Below are positions 55,595 through 63,476 of a DNA stretch of 64,000 nucleotides, piece after piece. Position 1 is the stretch's first letter; each line of letters starts with the position of its first letter. The stretch covers positions 178,065-242,064 of the IMG/VR virus record IMGVR_UViG_3300032116_014939. The stretch is one strand, 5' to 3'. The notes below the pieces were generated by a model. It was not told the DNA's origin. It searched no databases and saw only the letters and a list, made by a program, of their open reading frames with translations. The translations under genes and the position numbers were made by a program.

Positions 55595-56299
55595 TTAAGA
55601 TACAATAATATTCACATCAACATATTGCCAGTTTCTGTCTATCATTGTTTTATATTGACTCAAATTTTCTATAATACAATCCCATACAGGGTTTTCAAAC
55701 AATTCATCATTATCATACTTTATGTCATAAACCAAATGAACCATATCATCATAATTTTCCATAAAATGATGAACCTTTCTAACAAGGTCATCAACAAATA
55801 TTTTTTCAATTTTAAAAGTGATGTCTATTCTAAAAGATTCACTACTTTCCCAATACATTTCAAAGTTATCATCAATAATATATTTTCCATATATTGTATA
55901 TATTATGCTGTTATTATCTCTGTATTTTATCTCAACGGTATCTGTATTTAAACATTTCCTTAATTTTTTTTCATTTTCTTTAGGAATATAAAACTCTCCT
56001 TTATTGAAATCATTTAATACTATAAGTGATGGACGTTGATATGATTTAATTGATACATTGGCAAAATTTCCAACAGTATCTAATTCATCATCAAGTAAAG
56101 AGCTGAGTGCATTGTATGAAAACGGAATGTTATTTGGATTTTTTATCTTTAAGATTGGAACCTTAACTAGTTCATTATCCAAATAAACTCCAGTATATTC
56201 ATCATCATGATAAATTATTAATCCGTGAATCTCTTTCGATTTAAAATAAACGGACATTACTTTAGAAAACGCCTTGTATTTGGGACGTAAATTACTCAT
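55595..56299 (-). CDS. hypothetical protein
   Basis: 234-aa ORF. Confidence 0.7.
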   Translation of the reverse strand: MSNLRPKYKAFSKVMSVYFKSKEIHGLIIYHDDEYTGVYLDNELVKVPILKIKNPNNIPFSYNALSSLLDDELDTVGNFANVSIKSYQRPSLIVLNDFNKGEFYIPKENEKKLRKCLNTDTVEIKYRDNNSIIYTIYGKYIIDDNFEMYWESSESFRIDITFKIEKIFVDDLVRKVHHFMENYDDMVHLVYDIKYDNDELFENPVWDCIIENLSQYKTMIDRNWQYVDVNIIVS

Positions 56300-56302
56300 G
56301 TA

Positions 56303-56812
56303 TTATATTTCGTATTCGTCAGGAATTATTCTATCAACGTCTTCTTCTGTTGTATTAATCAATTGGTTCATATCTCTCCAATTAATACCATTGATTGATA
56401 ATATATGCACCATCGTCATACCTGAATTAAGTTTTTTATCACTCAATAATGCCCATTCATCCGCAGTATCATCTTCATACATTTTTAAATAATTGTACAA
56501 TATTGATATATCATTTTCATCGGTGACTTCTGGTATTATCACATCAACATAAACGTCATACATTTCTCCAAAGTAGTCGTCCGCCTCTTCAACATCTGTA
56601 ATTTGAACAGGAAGTCGGTACCTTTTAGACAAATCGTCAAGATAGAACTCAATACTACCCCCTAACTTTGAATCAACCAATGCTTTTAGATATGGATATT
56701 GGGAAACTTTTTGAATGAATTGTTCTAACCCACCAAAAAACTTGGAGATTTCCATAACAGAAACCCCTTTATCAATTAAACCAATTACTTTTTGTGAAAA
56801 ATTATCAGACAT
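56303..56812 (-). CDS. hypothetical acidic protein
   Basis: ATG at 56812; TATTTAT upstream. Confidence 0.7.
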   Translation of the reverse strand: MSDNFSQKVIGLIDKGVSVMEISKFFGGLEQFIQKVSQYPYLKALVDSKLGGSIEFYLDDLSKRYRLPVQITDVEEADDYFGEMYDVYVDVIIPEVTDENDISILYNYLKMYEDDTADEWALLSDKKLNSGMTMVHILSINGINWRDMNQLINTTEEDVDRIIPDEYEI

Positions 56813-56876
56813 ATAAGATAAATACATTATAAAACAAAAAACCCCACTCAGATGAATGGGGGTTTAAAAATTACTC

Positions 56877-57377
56877 CTATTCCTCGTCAAGATATCTACC
56901 AAGATTAACAGGTTCCACAAATGTCCCCTCAAGTTCGGACATTTCTTTCTTATACTCCTCAATAGTTTCAACAGAATAGATGGGAGCAAATAATGGACGA
57001 CGACTAAATGGAACGTTATCTCGGTTTTCCCATTCCTCCAATTCTTTTTCTATATTAGGGATTTGTCGTTTTACATATGAATATTTGTACCACTTCTCGT
57101 AGTCCTCACGTGTAGGAAAGAATTTAACGTCACCGTAGTTATAAATATTCAAATCAGGGTTGTTTGTATAAACATTAAGAATACCCTCATCACCATCATA
57201 CTGATTACATAACTCTTGAAGAGTATATGGGTTTGTTATACCTTTTTCTTCCCAACTTCTTCCATAGGAATTAATTTTACAGATATAAAAATATCCATCT
57301 TCAAAAGAATAAATTTGACTATTAATCTTGTCTTTTAATTCAACAAGTTGTTCTATTGTGTAATTAGATAAATCCAT
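56877..57377 (-). CDS. hypothetical protein
   Basis: ATG at 57377 downstream of TATATTTG. Confidence 0.7.
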   Translation of the reverse strand: MDLSNYTIEQLVELKDKINSQIYSFEDGYFYICKINSYGRSWEEKGITNPYTLQELCNQYDGDEGILNVYTNNPDLNIYNYGDVKFFPTREDYEKWYKYSYVKRQIPNIEKELEEWENRDNVPFSRRPLFAPIYSVETIEEYKKEMSELEGTFVEPVNLGRYLDEE

Positions 57378-57410
57378 AGAACAAATATACAAAAAGTTTT
57401 TGATAAAACA

Positions 57411-57719
57411 CTAAAACTGCATGTTAATTCTCTTAATCTCTATTCCAAACTTATCCGTATAATATTTCTCAATACCTTCACCTACCGAATTTCCAAATAA
57501 AACACGCATCTTTTCAAAAAAAGAATAATCAATCCATAATGTTCCATTAAGATTTCTGTGGGCAATTCTTACAGGGTGACCATCACTATCAATATCTTTC
57601 CTACTAAAGAAATGAATATACCCATCCTCATCAACAGCCATTTCAACATCACCATAGGTGGCGTCCATGTACTTCTTAATAACCTCATTTAACTTACTCT
57701 CGGTGATAATATATTTCAT
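57411..57719 (-). CDS. MKYIITES-leader protein
   Basis: 102-aa ORF. Confidence 0.75.
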   Translation of the reverse strand: MKYIITESKLNEVIKKYMDATYGDVEMAVDEDGYIHFFSRKDIDSDGHPVRIAHRNLNGTLWIDYSFFEKMRVLFGNSVGEGIEKYYTDKFGIEIKRINMQF

Positions 57720-57735
57720 ATTACAATAAATACCT
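57699..57735 (-). repeat. 37-bp promoter+leader repeat, copy 1
   Basis: CTCGGTGATAATATATTTCATATTACAATAAATACCT, identical at 60291-60327. Confidence 0.92.
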
Positions 57736-58271
57736 CAAAGTAAAAAACGGTGGAAGTTGGATACCCGTAAAGGAAATATATTATTTCCCTTTGTTCGATT
57801 ATCATCTTTCCATAAAGGTCTCAAGTTTTTATAATAACATGATTTTTTAACCCATTCTTCAGATTTATACAAAGATACTGGAATAATATGGTCATATTCC
57901 CATTCACCACGATTACCCCAAGTCATACCTTCTAAAAATCTTGATTCAATATAAGGTATAAACAATTCAACGGAAATACCAAGATATTCGGACAAAAAAC
58001 TATTTTTTTTATAACCTCTTTTACTGTTAATACTTCTAACTAAAGACCTTAAACTCTGAGTTGTACCATGAATAGGATTTTCTTTTTCTCGTCTACGTTT
58101 TCTCTTAACATCATACGCATTCAACTCCTTATGATATTCAGGGTCATTCTTTCTACGTTCCATCTTTTGAATATACCTACGTTTGTTATCACATAGTTTA
58201 CACTTCTTTCGGTTATCTCTAAAATCGGAAACGGGCTTACTAATATTACAACAATTACAAATACGTTCCAT
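57735..58271 (-). CDS. HNH homing endonuclease-like protein
   Basis: N-terminal CxxC pair; 'GMTWGNRGEWEYDHIIPVS...NLRPLWKDDNRTKGN'. Confidence 0.85.
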   Translation of the reverse strand: MERICNCCNISKPVSDFRDNRKKCKLCDNKRRYIQKMERRKNDPEYHKELNAYDVKRKRRREKENPIHGTTQSLRSLVRSINSKRGYKKNSFLSEYLGISVELFIPYIESRFLEGMTWGNRGEWEYDHIIPVSLYKSEEWVKKSCYYKNLRPLWKDDNRTKGNNIFPLRVSNFHRFLL

Positions 58272-58276
58272 ATTTT

Positions 58277-59116
58277 TTATACTCCTCTCATTTCTTTTAA
58301 AAATTTATTATATCTATCAATATTTGATTCGTTAATTTTATTTGATTTACTAGCATTTTCATCTTTCCACAAAGGTTGCAGATTAGTGTGATGATTTAAA
58401 TATATTTTTTCTTCAAATGTATTTCCACAACTAATGGGAACAATATGGTCAAAACACCATTCACTACGATTGTCCCATGACATACCCTCCTTGAATAAAC
58501 TTTCAAAATACTTTAATCCGCTACTATAATCAATTCCAAGAATTTCTTCAGGAGAAAATTTACTTCTATATTCAGGGAATCCTGATAAAGAATATGAAAG
58601 TATTGAACCAATACTTTGTTTATATTTAAACAGTGGCGCTTTATCGTAATCCAATTTATCACTTTTACACCTGTTAGCAATAGTAAAAAGAGGTCGGATA
58701 TTAGTATAATGAGAGTTTTTTTCATAACTCTCTTGATTTTCAGATTTACTTAAAGGAAATATATGGTCAACTTCCCAATCACCATAATTATCCCACGACA
58801 TACCATCAACAAATTGTTTCTCCAAATGTTCTTTTAACATAATGGCATCACATCCAATAATATCTTCGTAAGTTTTTCCTTCAGGTTTAGAATAACCACG
58901 TCTTTTAAATTCATTTTTTAGTCGAGATTTTAATGACAATAAAATTTTATAATGTATTTCAAGTGACTTTCGGTTCTTTCTAATCTCAACCCTAGATTTT
59001 TTAGCACATTCTTTACATTTAGAAGACACTTTATTTTTAGCAAAATAATATTCTGACCTAGGTTTGCTTTCCTTACATACATAACAAACTTTTAATTCAT
59101 CCAATCTATGACCCAT
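58277..59116 (-). CDS. HNH homing endonuclease-like protein with two HNH domains
   Basis: 'GMSWDNYGDWEVDHIFPLS...NIRPLFTIANRCKSD' and 'GMSWDNRSEWCFDHIVPIS...NLQPLWKDENASKSN'. Confidence 0.85.
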   Translation of the reverse strand: MGHRLDELKVCYVCKESKPRSEYYFAKNKVSSKCKECAKKSRVEIRKNRKSLEIHYKILLSLKSRLKNEFKRRGYSKPEGKTYEDIIGCDAIMLKEHLEKQFVDGMSWDNYGDWEVDHIFPLSKSENQESYEKNSHYTNIRPLFTIANRCKSDKLDYDKAPLFKYKQSIGSILSYSLSGFPEYRSKFSPEEILGIDYSSGLKYFESLFKEGMSWDNRSEWCFDHIVPISCGNTFEEKIYLNHHTNLQPLWKDENASKSNKINESNIDRYNKFLKEMRGV

Positions 59117-59168
59117 AAACCAAATATAACGAAAAATGGGGTATTGGAAATGTGAGAAATAAAAAAAA

Positions 59169-59552
59169 TTATATTTCTTTTATAAATTGACCAACACCTA
59201 CACTACGAAAACCTTTACTTCTTAATTTGTTTTTAACTCTAACCGCATCTTCTCTTTCAAAACCAGCATCGGCAAAATCTAAAGGTGCCCCCACATCAAC
59301 TATAACGTATCTACTAGTAATACCAAATTTAACACAATCAGTATCAATATATTGTCTTAAATAATTACGGATTTCGTCATAAAAATTATTAGATATGGTT
59401 TTATTATTAGAATCAACGTCATCATTAGGTGTTGGGTTATTTTTGGGGACAATACGTTTGGCTGGACGTTTTTTTTCAGCTTCTGATAATTTAACAACCC
59501 TTTTAATCAATCTTGTTAAATCAGATTCAGTTAATCTTACAATTTTTTTCAT
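59169..59552 (-). CDS. leader-bearing protein (paralog of 59558-59929)
   Basis: MKKIVRLTESDL leader; shared 'DVGAPLDF.D.GF...K.KLR..GF.S.GVGQ' domain. Confidence 0.8.
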   Translation of the reverse strand: MKKIVRLTESDLTRLIKRVVKLSEAEKKRPAKRIVPKNNPTPNDDVDSNNKTISNNFYDEIRNYLRQYIDTDCVKFGITSRYVIVDVGAPLDFADAGFEREDAVRVKNKLRSKGFRSVGVGQFIKEI

Positions 59553-59557
59553 ATTAA

Positions 59558-59929
59558 TTAAAATTCGCTTGTTCTAACTTTTTTCGCATATTGACCTACA
59601 CCCCAACTATTAAAACCATGTTTTCTTAATTTATCTTTAGCTTTGTTTGCCTCACTTCTTGAAAATCCACAATCTTCAAAATCTAATGGAGCCCCAACAT
59701 CAAATACCAAATAATCTGCTAAATACTTATATGTAATACAACCCGCTTTAAGATACGGTTCCATAGCGTTAAACACCGGTTGTGTTTCAATATCTTTATC
59801 TGATGGTTTAGAATTAAATCCACTATAAAATGTGTCTTTTATCTTATCTTCCCAACTATCATTTTCTTTGATGACTTTCTTAACTATTTTAACCAAATCA
59901 GACTCGGTTAATCTTATAACTTTTTTCAT
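59558..59929 (-). CDS. leader-bearing protein (paralog of 59169-59552)
   Basis: MKKVIRLTESDLVKIVKKVIKEN leader; same C-terminal domain. Confidence 0.8.
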   Translation of the reverse strand: MKKVIRLTESDLVKIVKKVIKENDSWEDKIKDTFYSGFNSKPSDKDIETQPVFNAMEPYLKAGCITYKYLADYLVFDVGAPLDFEDCGFSRSEANKAKDKLRKHGFNSWGVGQYAKKVRTSEF

Positions 59930-59960
59930 AATAATATTTTATTATAAATACCACAAAATT

Positions 59961-59997
59961 AAAAAGGGGGTAGGGGGATTGGAACAACGGGAAAAAA
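59961..59997. repeat. G-rich intergenic repeat, copy 1
   Basis: AAAAAGGGGGTAGGGGGATTGGAACAACGGGAAAAAA. Confidence 0.9.
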
Positions 59998-59999
59998 TT

Positions 60000-60311
60000 T
60001 TATACAAAAATAACATCCCACACCGCAGTAGAATCTCCGTTTTTGTCTTTAGGAAATAATAATGTAAACATGGTTCCAATCTTTTCTTCAATATCTGAAC
60101 CCTCGTCATAAGCATGATAACTACGACCACCTGTATTTAGTATAATTTGATATACAGGATATGTCTCATTTCTAAATTTCCAATTTTTTGTTTTTATCTC
60201 AACATCACCATTAAACCATTCGTATTCAGATAATAAGTTCTCAACATAATCCTTTAAGAAATTAACTTTCCTCATTTGTAAATTCTGAGACTCGGTGATA
60301 ATATATTTCAT
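60000..60311 (-). CDS. MKYIITES-leader protein
   Basis: 103-aa ORF. Confidence 0.75.
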   Translation of the reverse strand: MKYIITESQNLQMRKVNFLKDYVENLLSEYEWFNGDVEIKTKNWKFRNETYPVYQIILNTGGRSYHAYDEGSDIEEKIGTMFTLLFPKDKNGDSTAVWDVIFV

Positions 60312-60327
60312 ATTACAATAAATACCT
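60291..60327 (-). repeat. 37-bp promoter+leader repeat, copy 2
   Basis: Identical to 57699-57735. Confidence 0.92.
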
Positions 60328-60383
60328 TAAAAATAAAAAACCCCTCACATCGGAGGGGTTGTATAATTTAATATTGTTTTACA

Positions 60384-60764
60384 TCACCAACGTTTGGGAT
60401 TAAACCATCCAAGATGTCTGCCGGTTTCCTTAAAGCTTTGACGATTATCATCATCTTCCTCATCTTCTTTACCAAGAAGAACATAATTCAAATCGTCAAG
60501 AACTGTATACTTATCAACCTCCTCATCATTAACATTCAAAAAAATATCACGTCCAAGATATTTCACCAACGGGGTACCTCCTTCAACATACTCATTGTAT
60601 AACTCAATAATACTCTGTGGTGAAGATGTTTCACCAACTTTATTTCTAACACCCTTAAATCCAGCAGATATGAAAATATCCTTTTCTTCATGTCTATTTT
60701 CCTTAACAACTCTTTTAACTATTTTAACCAAATCTGATTCAGTTAATGTTATAACTTTTTTCAT
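60384..60764 (-). CDS. leader-bearing protein
   Basis: MKKVITLTESDLVKIVKRVVKEN leader. Confidence 0.78.
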   Translation of the reverse strand: MKKVITLTESDLVKIVKRVVKENRHEEKDIFISAGFKGVRNKVGETSSPQSIIELYNEYVEGGTPLVKYLGRDIFLNVNDEEVDKYTVLDDLNYVLLGKEDEEDDDNRQSFKETGRHLGWFNPKRW

Positions 60765-60796
60765 ATTAATATTTTATAATAAATACACCCCAAAAC

Positions 60797-60837
60797 AAAA
60801 AAGGGGGTAGGGGGGAATTGGGACAACGGAAAAAAAA
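60797..60837. repeat. G-rich intergenic repeat, copy 2
   Basis: AAAAAAGGGGGTAGGGGGGAATTGGGACAACGGAAAAAAAA. Confidence 0.9.
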
Positions 60838-61140
60838 TTATTTTTTCTTGTCTGTACGTTTAACTTCAACGTTATTAATAAAAACCTTTGTCGGGGGATT
60901 ATTTCTTGTCGATTCAAAATATTCATCAAAGGCGGTCCAGAACATATTTGGTTCTAAATTATATGTATTTAACATTTCGTTACCATGTATTGACAATCGA
61001 CTAACATCTTCAGAGTTGTAATATCTTTTTATTCTTTCTTTAAGAGCATCCATCTTCTGTTTCGGATATGTTTGCTCCGCAATAACTCGTTTAATTATAC
61101 GAGTCAAATCTGATTCTGTAAGTCTAATTATCTTTTTCAT
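60838..61140 (-). CDS. leader-bearing protein
   Basis: MKKIIRLTESDLTRIIKRVIAEQ leader. Confidence 0.78.
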   Translation of the reverse strand: MKKIIRLTESDLTRIIKRVIAEQTYPKQKMDALKERIKRYYNSEDVSRLSIHGNEMLNTYNLEPNMFWTAFDEYFESTRNNPPTKVFINNVEVKRTDKKK

Positions 61141-61175
61141 ATGTAATAAATATAACAGAAATAAAAAAGGGGAAA

Positions 61176-61751
61176 TTAAGGTTTAACCAAATAGATTTTA
61201 TTTTCATCGTAATTCTTAACCAAGACAGTCTCTTGTTTAAATTCTTGAGCAAGTTCTTCAGCAACCTTATTTAATACGTCAGAAGTAATTCCAACGATTT
61301 CAACAGATAATGAACTCTCATCATACAACGAACCATCTTTGGCTTTATATCGACCCTTAACAAAATTTCCAATGGTCACACCAAATATTTCAGGGTTGTT
61401 TTTAATCACCTTATTTATTTTACTTGATTTAAACAAAATATTTGTTGCGGTTTCAAGTTTGTTTTTAATAAAACGAACCAACTTGTTTTTAGATAATTCA
61501 ACAGCATTAACATTAACAGAAAAAACAATTACCCCACCTTTATCTTCAAACTCAAAATCAATTTCTTCAGTAAGTTCAGATTCAACATTTGGTTGTATAT
61601 AAAATGTTTGAGCATCAGGGTCGTTGTCTATATTAATAGAAAACCCATTTAATTTTAATCCTTCCATTAAACTACTCGCACCAATCTGCTCGTAAGTCTT
61701 TTTTGACGAATCAAAGTTCTTAACTTTATCAATAAATTTTCTAATATCCAT
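61176..61751 (-). CDS. putative SAM lyase (T3 SAMase-like fold)
   Basis: 'KGRYK...DESSLSVEIV...VAEELAQEFKQETVLV' parallels T3 SAMase 'TGCYRE...EEKTVRV...VARLACNEWEQDCVLV' (alignment from memory). Confidence 0.5.
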   Translation of the reverse strand: MDIRKFIDKVKNFDSSKKTYEQIGASSLMEGLKLNGFSINIDNDPDAQTFYIQPNVESELTEEIDFEFEDKGGVIVFSVNVNAVELSKNKLVRFIKNKLETATNILFKSSKINKVIKNNPEIFGVTIGNFVKGRYKAKDGSLYDESSLSVEIVGITSDVLNKVAEELAQEFKQETVLVKNYDENKIYLVKP

Positions 61752-61792
61752 ATACTTGATTTTTAAATAAATATAAACTAAAGATACAAAAT

Positions 61793-61833
61793 AAAAAAGG
61801 GGGGTAGGGGGGATTGGAACAACGGAAAAAAAA
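61793..61833. repeat. G-rich intergenic repeat, copy 3
   Basis: AAAAAAGGGGGGTAGGGGGGATTGGAACAACGGAAAAAAAA. Confidence 0.9.
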
Positions 61834-61838
61834 TATTT

Positions 61839-62300
61839 TTATAATTTACCAACAAGTTCATCCAATCCCTCAATGATAATCCCACACTCAGAATAAAACT
61901 CGTAGTTACACTTACCCGTGTTCTTAGCTCTAAGAGTAACCAATGAATGTTCCTTGTCAGTCAAAGAAATGGTGGACGCATATTTCTTACATAATAAAAC
62001 AAAATCATCAACACCAATAGTAGGATTCTTACTTAACTCATCCATGATATATCCCATGGCAATCTTTCTCGGAACATAGTGGTCATGAACAATCTTACCA
62101 CCACCCTTAACTCCATTAGATGATAAACCCGTATGCCAAAACTTAGTGTTAGTTAAATCAAACAAAGGGTTGCGGTTCCTAGATAAAAACATATCATATA
62201 ATACATCATTATCCTTAACTTCCAAATACCTCGGAACAAGACAAAGAAAATCCTTCAATGTCTCCTCAACCTTAACCAATTGTTTATTTGTAAGTTTCAT
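61839..62300 (-). CDS. hypothetical protein
   Basis: 153 aa; 'VHDHYVPRK' may be a degenerate HNH-like motif; TATATTTG upstream. Confidence 0.7.
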   Translation of the reverse strand: MKLTNKQLVKVEETLKDFLCLVPRYLEVKDNDVLYDMFLSRNRNPLFDLTNTKFWHTGLSSNGVKGGGKIVHDHYVPRKIAMGYIMDELSKNPTIGVDDFVLLCKKYASTISLTDKEHSLVTLRAKNTGKCNYEFYSECGIIIEGLDELVGKL

Positions 62301-62321
62301 AATACAAATATAAGAAAAAAA

Positions 62322-62825
62322 TTATTTTTTCCCAAAGATATTCATAAACTCTTTCTCGTAATCACGTCTCTCAACCTTAACGGTGTTTACATGAAACTTA
62401 ACAAACTTAACGTCAGTATATATCATAGGAAATGACATGTTGATTTTATCACCCAACTTCTCAGGAGATAATACATCACTTGTATCCCAATTGTATCTAA
62501 CATCAACATATACCAAATACGTTGGGGTGGATTCTAAACTATCAACAAAAGCATATGAATATTTAGTTTCAATCTTATTAACAGTAATTGAATGAATACC
62601 AGGTAAACTCTTCTTAAGAACCTTGAATAACATCTCAGGAAAAACAAATTCACCATCCTTATTATACATTCTGTTGCACGTTGAAGGGATACCATAATCA
62701 TTATCAACATACGGGTTAACAGTTATTCCTCCATTAGTTACACGATATTCACCGTAATCTCTTGTTAACAAAAAATTATCTCCTAAAATATTCATCATAC
62801 CAATATTTTCTTCTTCAGGTTCCAT
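62322..62825 (-). CDS. hypothetical protein
   Basis: 167 aa; TATCTTTG upstream. Confidence 0.7.
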   Translation of the reverse strand: MEPEEENIGMMNILGDNFLLTRDYGEYRVTNGGITVNPYVDNDYGIPSTCNRMYNKDGEFVFPEMLFKVLKKSLPGIHSITVNKIETKYSYAFVDSLESTPTYLVYVDVRYNWDTSDVLSPEKLGDKINMSFPMIYTDVKFVKFHVNTVKVERRDYEKEFMNIFGKK

Positions 62826-62874
62826 ATATATTTTTTTTACAAAGATAAAACAATAATACTAATTTACCAAAAAA

Positions 62875-63123
62875 TTATTTAACATCAGAAAATGAATCCA
62901 CATTAATAAACTCAGATTCCAAATGACCAATGATATCCCTAAGAGTCTGACCCTGTAACTCAGGGGTTTCCCTACTACGAATAGATAATGAAATAGCCCC
63001 ACACAATACAGATATAATATCATTAATATTCATACCCTTCTTGGCCATTATGTCATAAAAAAATTTATTGTCCCTTAATGTTACATCCACAGTAACTGAT
63101 AATTTTTCTTCTTCCATTTCCAT
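62875..63123 (-). CDS. hypothetical protein
   Basis: 82-aa ORF. Confidence 0.65.
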   Translation of the reverse strand: MEMEEEKLSVTVDVTLRDNKFFYDIMAKKGMNINDIISVLCGAISLSIRSRETPELQGQTLRDIIGHLESEFINVDSFSDVK

Positions 63124-63206
63124 ATATCAATAATAAGAAAAAAAATGAAATAAAAAACCCCTCCGTTAAAGGAAGGGTCAGTCCAACAATACTATCATTG
63201 GAGAGG

Positions 63207-63449
63207 TTAATAATCTTCAGTACCCATAAATGCTTCGTCCCCAATATCACCTATAGTATCAATAATATCAGTTAAAACTCTTACGACACCTTCCGTTCCG
63301 TATGTTTTATAAACAGGTTGTAAAATATCCATAATTTGGACATGTACTGACTCAGTATCATCATGAAATGAATCTTCATCTCTTTCTTCATTAATAACCC
63401 TTTTAATTATATTGGTTAATTCTTTTTCTGTTAATCTAATCTTTTTCAT
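63207..63449 (-). CDS. leader-bearing small acidic protein
   Basis: MKKIRLTEKELTNIIKRVINEE leader; ATG at 63449. Confidence 0.78.
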   Translation of the reverse strand: MKKIRLTEKELTNIIKRVINEERDEDSFHDDTESVHVQIMDILQPVYKTYGTEGVVRVLTDIIDTIGDIGDEAFMGTEDY

Positions 63450-63476
63450 AGTATATATTTTATATATAAATACCAA

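Noticed and set aside
55565-55951. 128-aa + strand ORF
   Set aside because: Fully antisense to 55595-56299; Ile/Phe-rich shadow.
59961-61833. G-rich repeats as a CRISPR array
   Set aside because: Copies are 0.8-1 kb apart with whole genes between them and are not palindromic; no cas genes or regular repeat-spacer array were seen in the window.
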